From contig JAAILG010001329.1 in NCBI GenBank assembly GCA_012026655.1, positions 1 to 64,000 on the forward strand: a stretch of 64,000 nucleotides of DNA, written 5' to 3'. The notes beneath the pieces were generated by a model that ran no database searches, was not told where the DNA came from, and saw only the letters and a program-made list of their open reading frames with translations. Shown piece after piece: positions 52,360 through 64,000 of the stretch; position 1 is the first letter of the stretch; each line of letters opens with the position of its first letter. The stretch is from Hydrolagus affinis (Eukaryota). Position numbers and translations under genes: made by a program.

Positions 52360-52570
52360 TGTATCCAGAACTCTGCTGCTCACATCCTCTCACCTGCCGC
52401 ACTCCTGTCAGCTCCAGCCTCACCCAGACTCCACTGGTTCCCCATTCCCCTGGAGGTTAGAATTAAAAATCCTCATCCTCGCCTTCAAGGCCCTTCATGG
52501 CCTTACTCCTTCCTACCTCTTTGACCTACTAACGCCATAGCAACCTGTCCGCTCCCTCTGCTCAGCAGGC
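52360..52570 (+). mobile_element. Internal L2 ORF2 fragment (pseudogenised)
   Basis: IQNSAAHILS...LHWFP.../RLELKILILAFKALHGLTPSYLFDLL resembles the L2 motif QN.AA...LHWLP...FK.L.G..P.YL; frameshifted. Confidence 0.85.
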
Positions 52571-53544
52571 TCCAGTCTGCTCCATGTCCCCTATCCAGCC
52601 TACTCCAGCAGTCTCATTGCCTTGTTCTCTCTCCCTTGTCTCCCCAGAGCTCCATTTCAGTCTAGTTAGTGGTAACCTGGAGTTAACAACAGACGATTGT
52701 AAACAGGTTGAGATGAGGCAAACTCTAGGTAATTGTCTAGGTGGCACTTCAGCGTCTAATAAACAGAGTACCTAATGAAGATTAATCTGGGAGTGGCAGG
52801 TCTAGAATATAACAATGACCAACATTTAATGTCTGTCACCAGACAAACATCAAGTTGTTGTTTATTTAAATAACCATCACTTTCCAATTTAACAAAAATT
52901 ACCACTGTATCCCTTAGAAGTAGCACCAATTTTCTGGAAAAGTACAGCAAATTACAATTTAATTACAGGATGTGTAAACATCTGCAGTCACTGTTTCCAA
53001 TCAGTAGTAATTGTAATGCTAAAATCACTACATTCCAGTTCAAATGCCAGTCAATTCCAGAACATTTATAAATCAAAAGTTGTAGAACCGTTGCAGATTT
53101 TAGTATTCCGATCTGAAATATGACATAGAACAAACAGTGCAGACTGATTTGTACGTGGGAATAATCGTAACATGGGAGATTTCAATCCTAGTCATTTCAA
53201 TGCTGCAAATTTGGAGATATAATACTGCTCAAGGCCATGAATGACAGAAGCTTCCAGTGGAATAGGTAGAACACATAAATACGCAAGGCATATTTTCTAT
53301 GCGAGTTTTTAACATGACCAAAGTGTGTGACCAATAAACATTCACCAGCTTTGTGTAGTGTTTGGTTCAGAGACTTTGGATGAGTACACCAACAGCAAGG
53401 AAAATATCTTCCCAAATAAAAGGCAAACCACAGATCTAATAATTGTACAAGACTTTGTCCTCTATTGAACTTTTACTGGGATTGAATGCAGGAATGGATC
53501 GTGTAATTACAGATATTAACTTTACAAGATCAGAAATGGCAGAT

Positions 53545-53880
53545 ACAACAACAACAAAATGACACTTATTTAGCATCTCTCACTGTAAGTGAAAGGCACT
53601 CTATAAATGTAATTTTGTTGTTGTTGTTGTTCACGTCAGGAGGACGTCCCAAGGCGCTGGACAGTCATTGTTTCAGACCCAAACTGGGGTTGGGGATGGG
53701 GAGGGTGGAGAGAAAGAGGGGGATTTGGGTTGATAGGAGGTTAGGAGGTCGCAGTGGTGGGGTGGGGCGAGGCCATGGAGGGCTTTTAATGTGAGGACCA
53801 GGATCTTGAATTGAATCCTCTGGGTGATCGGGATCCAATGGACTCATGCGAGGATGGGAGAGATGGGAGTCACAAAGCGT
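53545..53880 (-). mobile_element. L2 3' end interrupted by an antisense L2 tail
   Basis: Minus-strand L2 (acaacaacaaaat...tcac|...|tcacgtcaggaggacgtcccaaggcgctgg) split by the + strand tail at 53584-53630. Confidence 0.82.
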
Positions 53881-54817
53881 GCAGTGCTAGAGGACGCGAT
53901 ACATCAATCTGCGCACACATATGCAGTGTTAAAATTCTGACAAACCAACAAAAAATTTATTAACTTCTAAACAATCTTGAATTTACATCTAATCAAGTGT
54001 TGCAGATCAGTAGATTAGCAACAGAGGGAAGACAGGTGATAAACCATTAGCCAAAGTATTAAATGGACATGGCACTACTTTAGGCTCAGACAAATCCAAA
54101 GATTTTAAACACCAGACAAGCCTAACAAATCATACCGGCTGCAATAAAACCCCTCAACCCCCCACGTTTTCCTGCTTTGCGGCAGCAATTCCAGCACCGA
54201 GGAGGTTAAGCAAAACCCAGAATTTGACATATGTCATCCACTGCATCAGTGCTACAGGTTTGCAAAACTAAAATCAACTGAAAAAGATTGCCTATGACAT
54301 CTCCAATATCCATATGTAAATCTAGGACCAACAGAAATCAGATTTTTGTTTCCTCCATTTGTAGATTAATATTAAATCTGCAGCAATAGCAGCATTTGCC
54401 AGCAAAGTGAAGAAATGTACAGCTGGGTTATCAGGTGCACAATCAGCCCCACTGCACAATCTAATTTCACTTTTAAATTATACCGCAAATGTAGAACTAT
54501 TTTTTTTTCACAGGCACCACCAGAGACACAGCTTGGGGCAGGAGATTACAGATGAGGGAGTTTATCTGACTTTCTCCCACCCCCCCTCCCACCACCCCAC
54601 AATCAAAACCAACATATTTCTGTAAGCAAATATACCTGCATTTTTACACCACACATTTGTAATTCACCAATTTCAATTTGTCATTTTAAACCCTGGAACT
54701 GAATCAATGACTACATTAAAACAATATTCCACAATAACATAAAAATGGGAGATTCATAGAGAATAAAAGAAACAACTTTATGCAGACAAAATTAATCTAA
54801 AAATTAATATCATTTTA

Positions 54818-54870
54818 TAACAACAAAATTACATTTGTAGAGCACCTTTCACATCGGGAGGACGTCCCAT
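54818..54870 (-). mobile_element. L2 3' tail
   Basis: aacaacaaaattacatttgtagagcacctttcacatcgggaggacgtccca. Confidence 0.88.
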
Positions 54871-55199
54871 AAACTAGGAGTAAGCGTTACTGCAGTAATA
54901 TTTGCAAATAATAATGGTAAAAATTGAAGATAAACAAAGAAACAATGAAGCACCAAAAGTGCAGGATAACCAGTTAATGGTGAAGCTTTCGTTTTAAAAT
55001 CATTAAAGGTCCAATCTACTAAACTCTACACGCCTGTAAATAGTCTAATGTTTTGCATAAAATAAATCCAAAATAGACATCAAGGCTGAACTTGGAAACT
55101 AAGACATTTTGAAAAGGAAAATAGAGTTGCAACCTTTATCGATTGATACCAATGATATCAATGGGGTAATGACATCAAATGCAATATTAATAATCATGG

Positions 55200-55516
55200 A
55201 GTCCTGTAGTTCAGTGATTGGAGCACTCGCCTCACAGGCCAGAGACCTGGGTTTGATTCCCGGTAGGTCAGGTCGAAACCTTAGGCAAGTTTCATTACTC
55301 CACACTCATGCCTGATAATAATCCTTCAAAAAAAAATTGGTCATTTCAACCCACGACTGTTTGTAGGGACACTGCTGTGCGCAATTGGCTGCCACATTTC
55401 ACCTACAAATATACAGTCAATTCACTTTACAGTATATTCTGTGAAGCATTTGGAGACACAATCTAGAAGATGTGATAAAGGTGCTATATCAAATGCCAGT
55501 ATTATTATTATTATTA
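55200..55516 (+). mobile_element. Full-length Deu-type SINE
   Basis: agtcctgtagttcagtgattggagcactcgcctcaca head, gggtttgattccc B-box-like motif, core and (TAT)n tail. Confidence 0.95.
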
Positions 55517-56048
55517 CTTCTTTTGAAGCGCAACACCAAATGAAACCCACATGACATCCCAAACATATTGCTGTCTGAATGCAAAAGAGAAAGCAGCAGT
55601 ACAGGCACTGTGAGATGTTATCGGATAGGGAGGACTGAGATTGGAAAGAACAGTATAGAGAAATCTTGTTCATACTCTTCAGTTAATTTACTTGGAATGA
55701 TCTGAACTGATTCCAACTGTCTTTTCTAAATAAAGGCAGATCATGACACACAAATACAAAAATAACACCACGCAGTCAAGGCGCTTCACATTCAGCCTGG
55801 GTTCAATTAAGACATCGCTTGGCCTTTTGCACATTGTAACTCACTCCGACCTCTTAAAATTAAGGTCACTGGCCCACATTCTCTGCATTCATCCTTGGAA
55901 ACACATTATGATTTTTAAAAAAAAATTAGTTTACAATGTTTTGGTGAACATTGAGAATTCTAGACAATTTTAAAGGAATAAGTGTTAAGAGTTTTCTAAT
56001 TCCGCAAGTACTTTTTCCACAGGCGCCAATATGCTCATCTAAATTCTC

Positions 56049-56143
56049 TAATAATAATAATAATAATAATAATAATCCTTGCATTTGATATAGCACTTTC
56101 CACATCTTATCAACGTCCCAAAGCGCTTCACAGAATATACTGT
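56049..56143 (-). mobile_element. SINE 3' tail with long (AAT)n
   Basis: (AAT)n ccttgcatttgatatagcac...caaagcgcttcacagaatatactgt. Confidence 0.9.
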
Positions 56144-56597
56144 AATACATATAATACATTCACCAGAGATACAATTGTACCTATACTACATGAGCAGTGT
56201 CCACAGCCATAATATTTGAAGAGTTTTAAGGAACAGTTGAGCTTGTAGTCTGATCTGCCTATGTCAACTAACCTAACTCTGAATACTAGATAATAAATGG
56301 TGACAAGCAGTGAGTTATACAGTAGGAATTGAAAGCACAAGTGTAACTTGAATAGTTTGATCAGTAGACATACAATCCACAAAATTAAATTGCCTTAAAA
56401 ACCTCACTAACAGCTTCTATAAACACTATTATAATAGTCATGCTTGAAACTTTTACAGACACTATGTCATCCAAGATTTCAGATTTAGACAAGGTATAAA
56501 CAGGTTTGCAGGTCAAGGAAACCTGAGAGAATGTAGCTAAACTGCTTGAACCTCATTCTTGGCTTAATTTTGTTTCACCGCTTATGTTATGGTCTCA

Positions 56598-56657
56598 GTG
56601 CCTTGGGATGTCCTCCTGACGTGCAATGCACTATACAAATGTAATTTTGTTGTTGTT
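56598..56657 (+). mobile_element. L2 3' tail
   Basis: gtgccttgggatgtcctcctgacgtgcaatgcactatacaaatgtaattttgttgttg. Confidence 0.82.
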
Positions 56658-57777
56658 GAAGGCTCTGTGCTGTCCTATACAGAACATATAGAAGCTATTA
56701 TGTACCCATTTAATTAACCAGGAATATAAATCTCAACTGCACCCATTGCACCTTCATACAGTAATGTATTAATACATTACATTGAAGAAACAGAATCAAT
56801 GTATTTAAAGGGAAACCTGATGCTTTGAAGATGAAAGGTTTTTTTTTGATGAGGGATCAGGTTACAGGGGAAGCAATAGGAATATTTTCTGCTCTCTCCC
56901 ACTTCTACTTTACATGAATCCTGAACTGCAAGCAAAAGAAGGCGAGTTGCTCTTTGCAACCAATGCCACTCCCCCATTACCCACTAGGTGATGCACAAGA
57001 GCAGCCAGGCTGTTTCCAAGTGGGTGACACCACGTCCACGAGTTCAGATCCATAAAATTCAGCCACAACTCAGAACAGAGTACTGCACAGTACTGCAAAT
57101 AGCACTGGTAAAGGCGAAACACAGTAGCCTGCATTTCTACAGTATCGCAGAAGCCACGGAAAAAAGGAAACACTGTGCAATTCCAGCTGGCGGATGAGAC
57201 AGCAACAGTAGACTCAATGCAGAAAAAAAAGAGAATTGTGAAAGATATCCTTTCCTGTGGGGCGGGAAGATTAGGAAGTCACTATTGAATTTCACCGTCT
57301 CAAACAATCATTGTCCCAAAGCCAAAACTGATTTTTAAAGAGTTGCGTTCTGACCTTTGGCAAGCTCCTTTGGATCAGAAAATGGTAATTTTCTGCGCTC
57401 TGAGACGCCGTCCAGCGTGGAGGGCGCTATATAAATTGAAGCTATTGTTGTTGTTATTAATGTGCCCAGCAGCGTCCAACTTCCACCCCAAATGACAGGC
57501 CAAACCATCCACACTCCTAGAAATAGCTGGCACCTGGTAAGTGCTGTGAAGAACACCAAGATTCCACCCTAGCATTTTACAACCAACTCTGTTTGATTTG
57601 AACAAGTGCTCTCGTTCCACAAAGCTCCACGGTTTACAAGCTGTATCTGGCGTGTGTCACTAACGCTATTGTTTACTAACCTGGTGACTCAAGACACTTT
57701 AGGTAGCAGTCCACCTTTTGAGCAAACATGGCATATTGAAGCAAAATGTTGAGTAACTTAGCAGTAACATACACTTG

Positions 57778-58035
57778 ATAATAATCTTTGCATTTGATAT
57801 AACGCTTTTCATGTCTTCTAGACGTCTCAAAGCGCTTCACAGAATATACTGTAAAGTGAATTGACTGTGGGTGAAACGCGGCATCCAATTGCGCACAGCA
57901 GCGTCCCCACAAACAGTCGAGGGTTGAAATGACTAATTTTATTATAGTGTTTTTTGGGGGGAGAGATTACACTTAGGCTTGTGGAGTAAAGAAACTTGCA
58001 CAAGGTTTCAACCTGACCTGCCTGGATTCAAACAC
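57778..58035 (-). mobile_element. Deu-type SINE, head truncated
   Basis: Tail, core and gtggagtaaagaaacttg...cctgcctggattcaaacac. Confidence 0.92.
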
Positions 58036-60265
58036 TTCTCTAACTCTGGAGATATAACCTCTGAAAAGCGATTGGTTGACAATAACGTTTGGATTTGCCT
58101 GCTAATTTAATTTTAGTTGGCTCTAGCTTTCCATCAGCAAACCACAGAACAATGAGATCACCATCATGGATATCGCAGAGATCAGCAACTTCAGGGCTAG
58201 TCAACGGGTGACGTTGGTGTCCATTTAAAAAAAATCCTTAGGTCAGTTTTGACTGATAAATTTGCTTTTCAGTAAAATTGACCACCTGACAAAACTGTAT
58301 TTTCCTCTTGCAATACCTTCTACCCCCTTCAGCAAGGGACAGAACTCCAAATGAAAACCGTGTACAATGATTAAGAAATTTCTCCTGATTCTATACCCAG
58401 AAACAGCAACAAAAAATACTAACTTGGGGAAGACTGACAAAACAAGTCAATTCAAAAAGCTTTTTATATTAATGCAATGATTTCTGAATAGACGTTGAGG
58501 CAGTTACAGAATTACAGGAATATTCCGTACTCCCCCAACACTGCAGTCATGGAAAATGCACCATCCTATCATTGTCTTATTTGCCCTCTAGCTCTCTTGT
58601 TTCCTCATTCAGACATTCTAGTTTGTTCTTTGTGATACTCAGCCTTTCCCACTTTTAGTGGAATGGAAAAAAGGAAGCTGAGGGCAATATTTTCTCAACT
58701 GCCTTTTATCATCTCCAATGCCATTAATGTTAAAAGAACTTCCTAACTTCTGCGCTCCCCGGGACGTCCGCGTGTGCAGAACATAATGCAATCGAGCTAC
58801 TCAAGTCAGCTTTGTTGTCGGCTTGAACAAAAACATTTCCAGGGCATTTACCAACTCTTTTTCATTTTCCTTTTCTTTCTTTTTTAAACCTGAAAACAAT
58901 ACCGCAGTTATTCAGCTATTTATGAACACACGGAGGACAGAATTATGTATATACAAAGGTGGTTCACAAGAACACGCAATAGAGAGCAATCAGGCACGAG
59001 TGCATGCCTGCAGGCCACTACTCTGCTGAACTACCCGTCTCAGCACACTCGCCGCGCACAAGTCAAGCCCTGCCTCGTCGCAGGAGAAAGGTAAATATCA
59101 AACACAACCCTCGCGACTAAGCTTTGCTCCACCGGATCTCATTCGATCTCCACATCCAAACGGCTAATTCGGTTGCATGCAGTTACCTTGCACCCTTCCG
59201 GCCCCCATTCACAAACGGGTTTTCTTACCAAAGTCGAAAATAACTAATTAAAATACATTTCAAATTACATTTTAATTAATCAGTGTGGTTTGGGTGAAAA
59301 TATGGGGGAATACAGAATACAGTTTGTCAACCAAATATGATTAATAATATAAAATTTGCAACTGCAATTCAATGCCACGTTAAATCAGAACAGCGAAGGC
59401 ATTCCAAATTGCACTGATATAATTAATGGGATTTTTTTTAAAAAAGCAGATACGATCACCAAGCACACAGTAATTCAAACCCACAAACTGCAGTGCAACC
59501 TGACCATTTTGTAGAGAAAATGGTTCAGTTACACCTTTGTAAGCCCCATTTGTGAGGTAGAACAATGAAAGCAGAAGCTATGATTCAGACAGGGCACTAT
59601 AACTCAACCAAGTCTCAAATAACTTAGCTGCTCATTAGCTCCACAGTTTTTAGCGTCTAGTTTGAAACCTTATCACGCTGTAGATTCCCCACTAATTGCT
59701 CATATTTAGCCACCATCCGCTGCCTTGACAAGATATTTAACCTTTTCCCATCAAAAAAAATCAGCATATCCACTGAAAATAATTAGGTCATATTCAGGGA
59801 CTGAGAGGACTCGAAATGCTCCAGTTTCTCAGACCAGATTTAGCAAAAAATAGTCCAGGCTTCACATTGGATTCTAGGTCTCTTTGCTGAAGAGAAAAAC
59901 ATTACGTTACTGGTATAGCTATAGGCTTCCCCAGTAGTATCTCGTACAGCTTCATGGAAGGAATGGAATGGATTTAGAAAGAACACTCAAGTCTTCTTAA
60001 GATTCTATATGTATATCCCAAAAAAATTGTGGAAGACAGGGCTATAGGGCATTATGCAAAGTAAAATTCCTCACTGGGTAAGGCAATCCATAGTCAAGCA
60101 GTCAATTAAGTAAACTTCTCCCAGTCTCTGTAAGAGCCACTCTACGCCCAGCAGCTATGAGGTATGAGAGCAGCATGGATAACTGCCCAAAGGCAATCCC
60201 TTCTTCCTGGCTCTCCAATCAAAAGCACAATTGATAATGAGAACCTGCCTTGTGAGAAATCAGAC

Positions 60266-60392
60266 AATAATAATAATCCTTGCATTTGATATAGCACTTT
60301 TCACGTCTTATCGTCTTAACGCGCTTCGTAGAATATACTGTAAAGTGAATTGACTCTATATTTTGTGGGCGAAACGCAGCCAATTTCACACA
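60266..60392 (-). mobile_element. SINE 3' half
   Basis: (AAT)n ccttgcatttgatatagcac...gtgggcgaaacgcagccaatt. Confidence 0.9.
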
Positions 60393-61483
60393 ATACAATA
60401 CAAGCATCCTGCCACAGTCAAGTTAGTGCACCAAGATTATTCCATCCTGTCAGCTCACCATATTACTTTTGGCTTTCTATCTCTGCCATTGCATGGCTGA
60501 TCTATCAAGTCTATCACAAAGTAAACATTCAGCTGCAATAAACATTATACCTGTACGTGTGCAATTTTCAGACAATCCAGTTACAGCTACATTGACTCCA
60601 AGGTGTCTAATACAATCACTCTACTTCACTCTAGGTATGTTCAGTTATCACTATATCTTGATACATCACGTCTCATTGACAAATTCAGCAAGAATTATTT
60701 ATTTTGCTGCATCCAGAAGAGTGATAGAGCTACAGTATATTACATATTTTATATGTATATATATAATATATTATAAAACACAGTAACAACCATCTCAAGC
60801 ACGGAGATCAGATGAGATCTTTGCTCAATCTGGAAAAGGAGTGACAATGGGTTCCATCTGGAGTGTTGGCATATTCAACTTGTGTTATCTGTCTAGAATC
60901 ATATTGACTTGTCTACATGTGCCAAATGCAGACAGATAATCCACCACGTGAATTCATCTGCCATGATAGTCAATGCACCCCCGGCAGCTCTTTTTAATCA
61001 GGGAATTTCTTGCCCAAAGAAACCAAATCACAGAAGAATCTACAATGTCCGTACTACTCGGTCTTAAAACATTTACTGCCATGTTTAAAATTTAATATTG
61101 CTGGTGGACATATTGGTGACATCAATCAAAGTAGAATGAAATAGAAACTCTAGGAACATTTGCAAGCATTGAGATATTACACCAAATGAATCCATCAGAA
61201 TACTATCAATAGCAGACAACAATAAGAATAGATCTATTTCAAATCCAAGTTGGCAGGACAAAAAAAAATCATAATTGCAAGATCAAACCACAACACTTTT
61301 AATAAAGCAAAATTAATCATCCATCTGAAAAACAAATTCTAATATTGGGAGACAGATCGCAATCCACTGAATGAGTGAACTGTGAGTGAAATGAGTGAAT
61401 CGTTGATCCTTCTGAAGAAAAATGAACTGCATTCCAACAAGTGACAGACACTGTACAAATGGAACAGCACTTAGACTCATATT

Positions 61484-61620
61484 ACATAAGAACATAAGAA
61501 TTAGGAGCAGGAGTAGGCCATTCAGCCCTTCGAGCCTGCTCCGCCATTCAATAAAATCATGGCTGATCTTCTCACCTAACTTTGATTACCTGCCCTATCC
61601 CCATATCCCCTGATCCCTAT
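61484..61620 (-). mobile_element. CR1 (HER1-like) LINE 3' end
   Basis: acataagaacataagaattaggagcaggagtaggccattcagcccttcgagcctgctccgccattcaataaaatcatggctgatct, a characteristic chondrichthyan CR1 terminus. Confidence 0.85.
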
Positions 61621-61767
61621 TTTTCAATCAGCGACAACACACGCTGAACATCTGAGACATTTGAGTCCTGTGTTTTCTTTCCTCAGACAGCCACCAATGT
61701 GTAGACAAAGCAGAATGTAAAATAATTGAATTTTTGAGCAACATTTCTTCCACTTTAGGGCAGGATG

Positions 61768-61843
61768 ATAATAATAACCTGGCTGGATTCGAACACAGAT
61801 CTCACGCTTGTAAGGCAAGTGCTCTAACCACTGAGCTACAGGA
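61768..61843 (-). mobile_element. SINE tRNA-like head joined directly to (TTA)n
   Basis: Minus strand: tcctgtagctcagtggttagagcacttgccttacaagcgtgagatctgtgttcgaatccagccagg-ttattattat. Confidence 0.85.
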
Positions 61844-62024
61844 GCTCCACGGGATATCGAACATGAATCACACAGAAACGCCTTTAACTGAATAGGACTT
61901 CGTTACTGAACCGAGTTTCTAGCTATAAAATATTGTCGTAGCTCTTAATTCCTGCTGCCACCGTGAATATGAAGATAGGCTCTAATCCTTTGCTACACAA
62001 AAAAAACCAGAAATAAAAAACTAA

Positions 62025-62220
62025 AAATATTGTGGATGCTGCAAATCTGAAACCAAAACAGAAATGGCTGGGAAACACTCAGCCGGTCAGGCAACATCTA
62101 TGGAGAGAAGAAAAGTGAGTCAATGTTTCGGGTCCATGACCGTTTGTCGTGTTGACTCACTTTTCCTCTCTCCATAGATGCTGCCTGACCTGCTGAGTGT
62201 TCCCAGCCATTTGTTTTTGT
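62025..62220. mobile_element. Penelope-like element terminal inverted repeat (non-autonomous)
   Basis: Arms 62055-62123 and 62152-62218 are near-perfect reverse complements. The motif gatgctgcctgacctgctgagt is a shark Penelope-associated repeat (from recall). Confidence 0.75.
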
Positions 62221-62222
62221 TA

Positions 62223-62225
<3 letters not shown>

Positions 62226-62255
<30 letters not shown>
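62226..62255. repeat. (AT)15 microsatellite
   Basis: Direct read; abuts the inverted repeat. Confidence 0.97.
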
Positions 62256-62257
<2 letters not shown>

Positions 62258-62529
62258 GAGTCAGCTTCAGAGGGAATCAAGGATAGAAGCAGCTAACCAG
62301 ATTTGGGCTTTTACAGCACTTTTAAGCCAAAGCACTTTGGATACAGATATTTTTAACCTCGACAGAACTGAATACTGCATGTACATCAATAATATATGTA
62401 CAGCCATGAAATATTCACAGCATGCAAGTAGTTTATTCGTTTGCCTTTATTTTTATCTCATTAGAATCCAACTGTGGACATTGTTCCTGGATTAATCCCG
62501 AAAACAAATTCGAGCATTTACCATATGGC

Positions 62530-62632
62530 TTTGTTTCACCCACAAAAAATACAGTCAATTCACTTTACAGTATATTCAGTGAAGCGCTGAGATGTCTGAT
62601 GAGACGCTATATCCAATGCCAGGATTATTATT
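62530..62632 (+). mobile_element. SINE 3' half
   Basis: tttcacccacaaaaaatacagtcaattcactttacagtatattcagtgaagcgct...caggattatta. Confidence 0.88.
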
Positions 62633-64000
62633 TATGGCTTTATCTCGTCTACTTTTTGCTTCTGAGTTTACTTAACGAGGTGCAATAATTCGATTACGTC
62701 TTGCTGCTTTGAACTTTACAAAGGTATAAAGCAAATGGCACATTAATAGGTTTTACGAATGTGTTTTCCAAAAGGTAAATTGCACCCCTCGAAAAATCTG
62801 TTCTAAATTCTGAATGAAGAGTATTGCGTTTGCTTGGAGAGTGATGGATCACAATAGCTGAGCAAAAAAAAAACCTTTTAAGCTACAGCAGTATTATGAG
62901 CAACTAACTCTAAGGAAACTAATGGAGAATTGTGCCCATGGTATTTCAGTTACATTAACAGCGGAATTTCAAAGTTTATGTTCTCTCAATAGAGATGCGA
63001 GCAACAGCTAAGCTCTTCTCCAAATGAGTGAGGGAAAATTAAAAGGAGTCTGGAACCTGGTGGTTCAAGCCAATAGATGGATTTACTCTATCCACTCTTA
63101 GAGTGGCTGGATTAGACGGGATGAGGGAAGTCAAGTTAGCAAATATGTGAAACAGATCAAGCTCTCCTACTCAAGAAAATGCTGGTCTGAACTGGAAAAT
63201 CAAACTAATTCAAATCACGCAGAATGAGAGTAAACCAAAATCATACAGTAACTTTAATATTCTGCCTCTTAGCTATTTTGTCAGCAATAAAACAGTACTG
63301 TATTAATCAAATTCCCTTCACAGCTCCCAAAGCAGAGGAAAAACAATTCCCAACTTTCAGGCGATCATTTATAAAAATGTCCCCAGAACTTTAAGACAAT
63401 CTTAATTAACAGTACACATAGATGAACTAAACAACACTGCTACATTTTAGATCACCACTCTCTACAAACAAATTACTTTTTATTAAACCGCTAGCAGCAG
63501 TAAATATTTGTGGATTCTGTATACTCTTAAAAACTCCGTACAATTTAAAGTTGGCAATAAAGGATGATATACGCCTCAGGTATCCTGATATACAGCACCG
63601 GTATTATCAGCAGCATAAAGTTATTACAGTATTAAGATCTACAAGCCAAAGAAAAAGCTCAGACCACAGCTTTATCCACAAAATACCTTAAACTTCACGC
63701 CATGTTTTGTAGCATCACACCGAATATATTATTAATGTGAATGACACCAGGATGCAACAAGACACTGGAAGGAAATGTCTTTCGATTTCAGTACAGTAAA
63801 ATTCCTTACTTCAGACATTCTACAAAATCTCAACTGTTGCAAGACTCGTCCATTCGTGGATTTCCCAAATATTTTGCTCAGTATTAGCCCAGCTTGTCAC
63901 AACAGAGTTTCTTCTCTCTTCTTAGTCCATGTGTACACTTGTCCTCCTTCCTGTCAGGTTGGCGGATGCAGATTAATCAAGTTTCTTCCCTGAACAACTA

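Noticed and set aside
55200-55270. tRNA-Val-like genes at SINE heads
   Set aside because: The acceptor stem does not close and each head continues into SINE body or tail; these are SINE heads, not tRNA genes.
1225-62632. Recurrent similar repeats as a CRISPR-like array
   Set aside because: Dispersed, in both orientations, variably truncated, with microsatellite tails: eukaryotic retroposons.

Overview
Eukaryotic, AT-rich vertebrate DNA with no recognisable intact protein-coding gene. The repeat content points to a cartilaginous fish, probably a holocephalan such as Callorhinchus (inference). It includes about 30 copies or fragments of a tRNA-headed Deu-type SINE with an L2-like tail, about 20 L2 LINE 3' ends (some with ORF2 remnants), shark-type CR1 3' ends, a SacSINE1-like head and a Penelope-like inverted repeat. 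The convincing splice-site pairs I found are on the minus strand, and the + strand looks A/C-rich by eye. The window therefore most likely lies in the long 5'-UTR introns of an unidentified minus-strand gene, with candidate non-coding exons at 38103-38460 and 10844-10927 and a candidate alternative promoter/first exon at about 22199-23100. The most interesting observations are a Penelope-type hairpin with a hammerhead-core remnant (62055-62218), co-varying SINE/L2 3' stem-loops, body-less SINE copies, nested L2 insertions and an interlocked double palindrome (44949-44996). I found no evidence of a new multi-gene system. All family names come from motif recall, not database searches.
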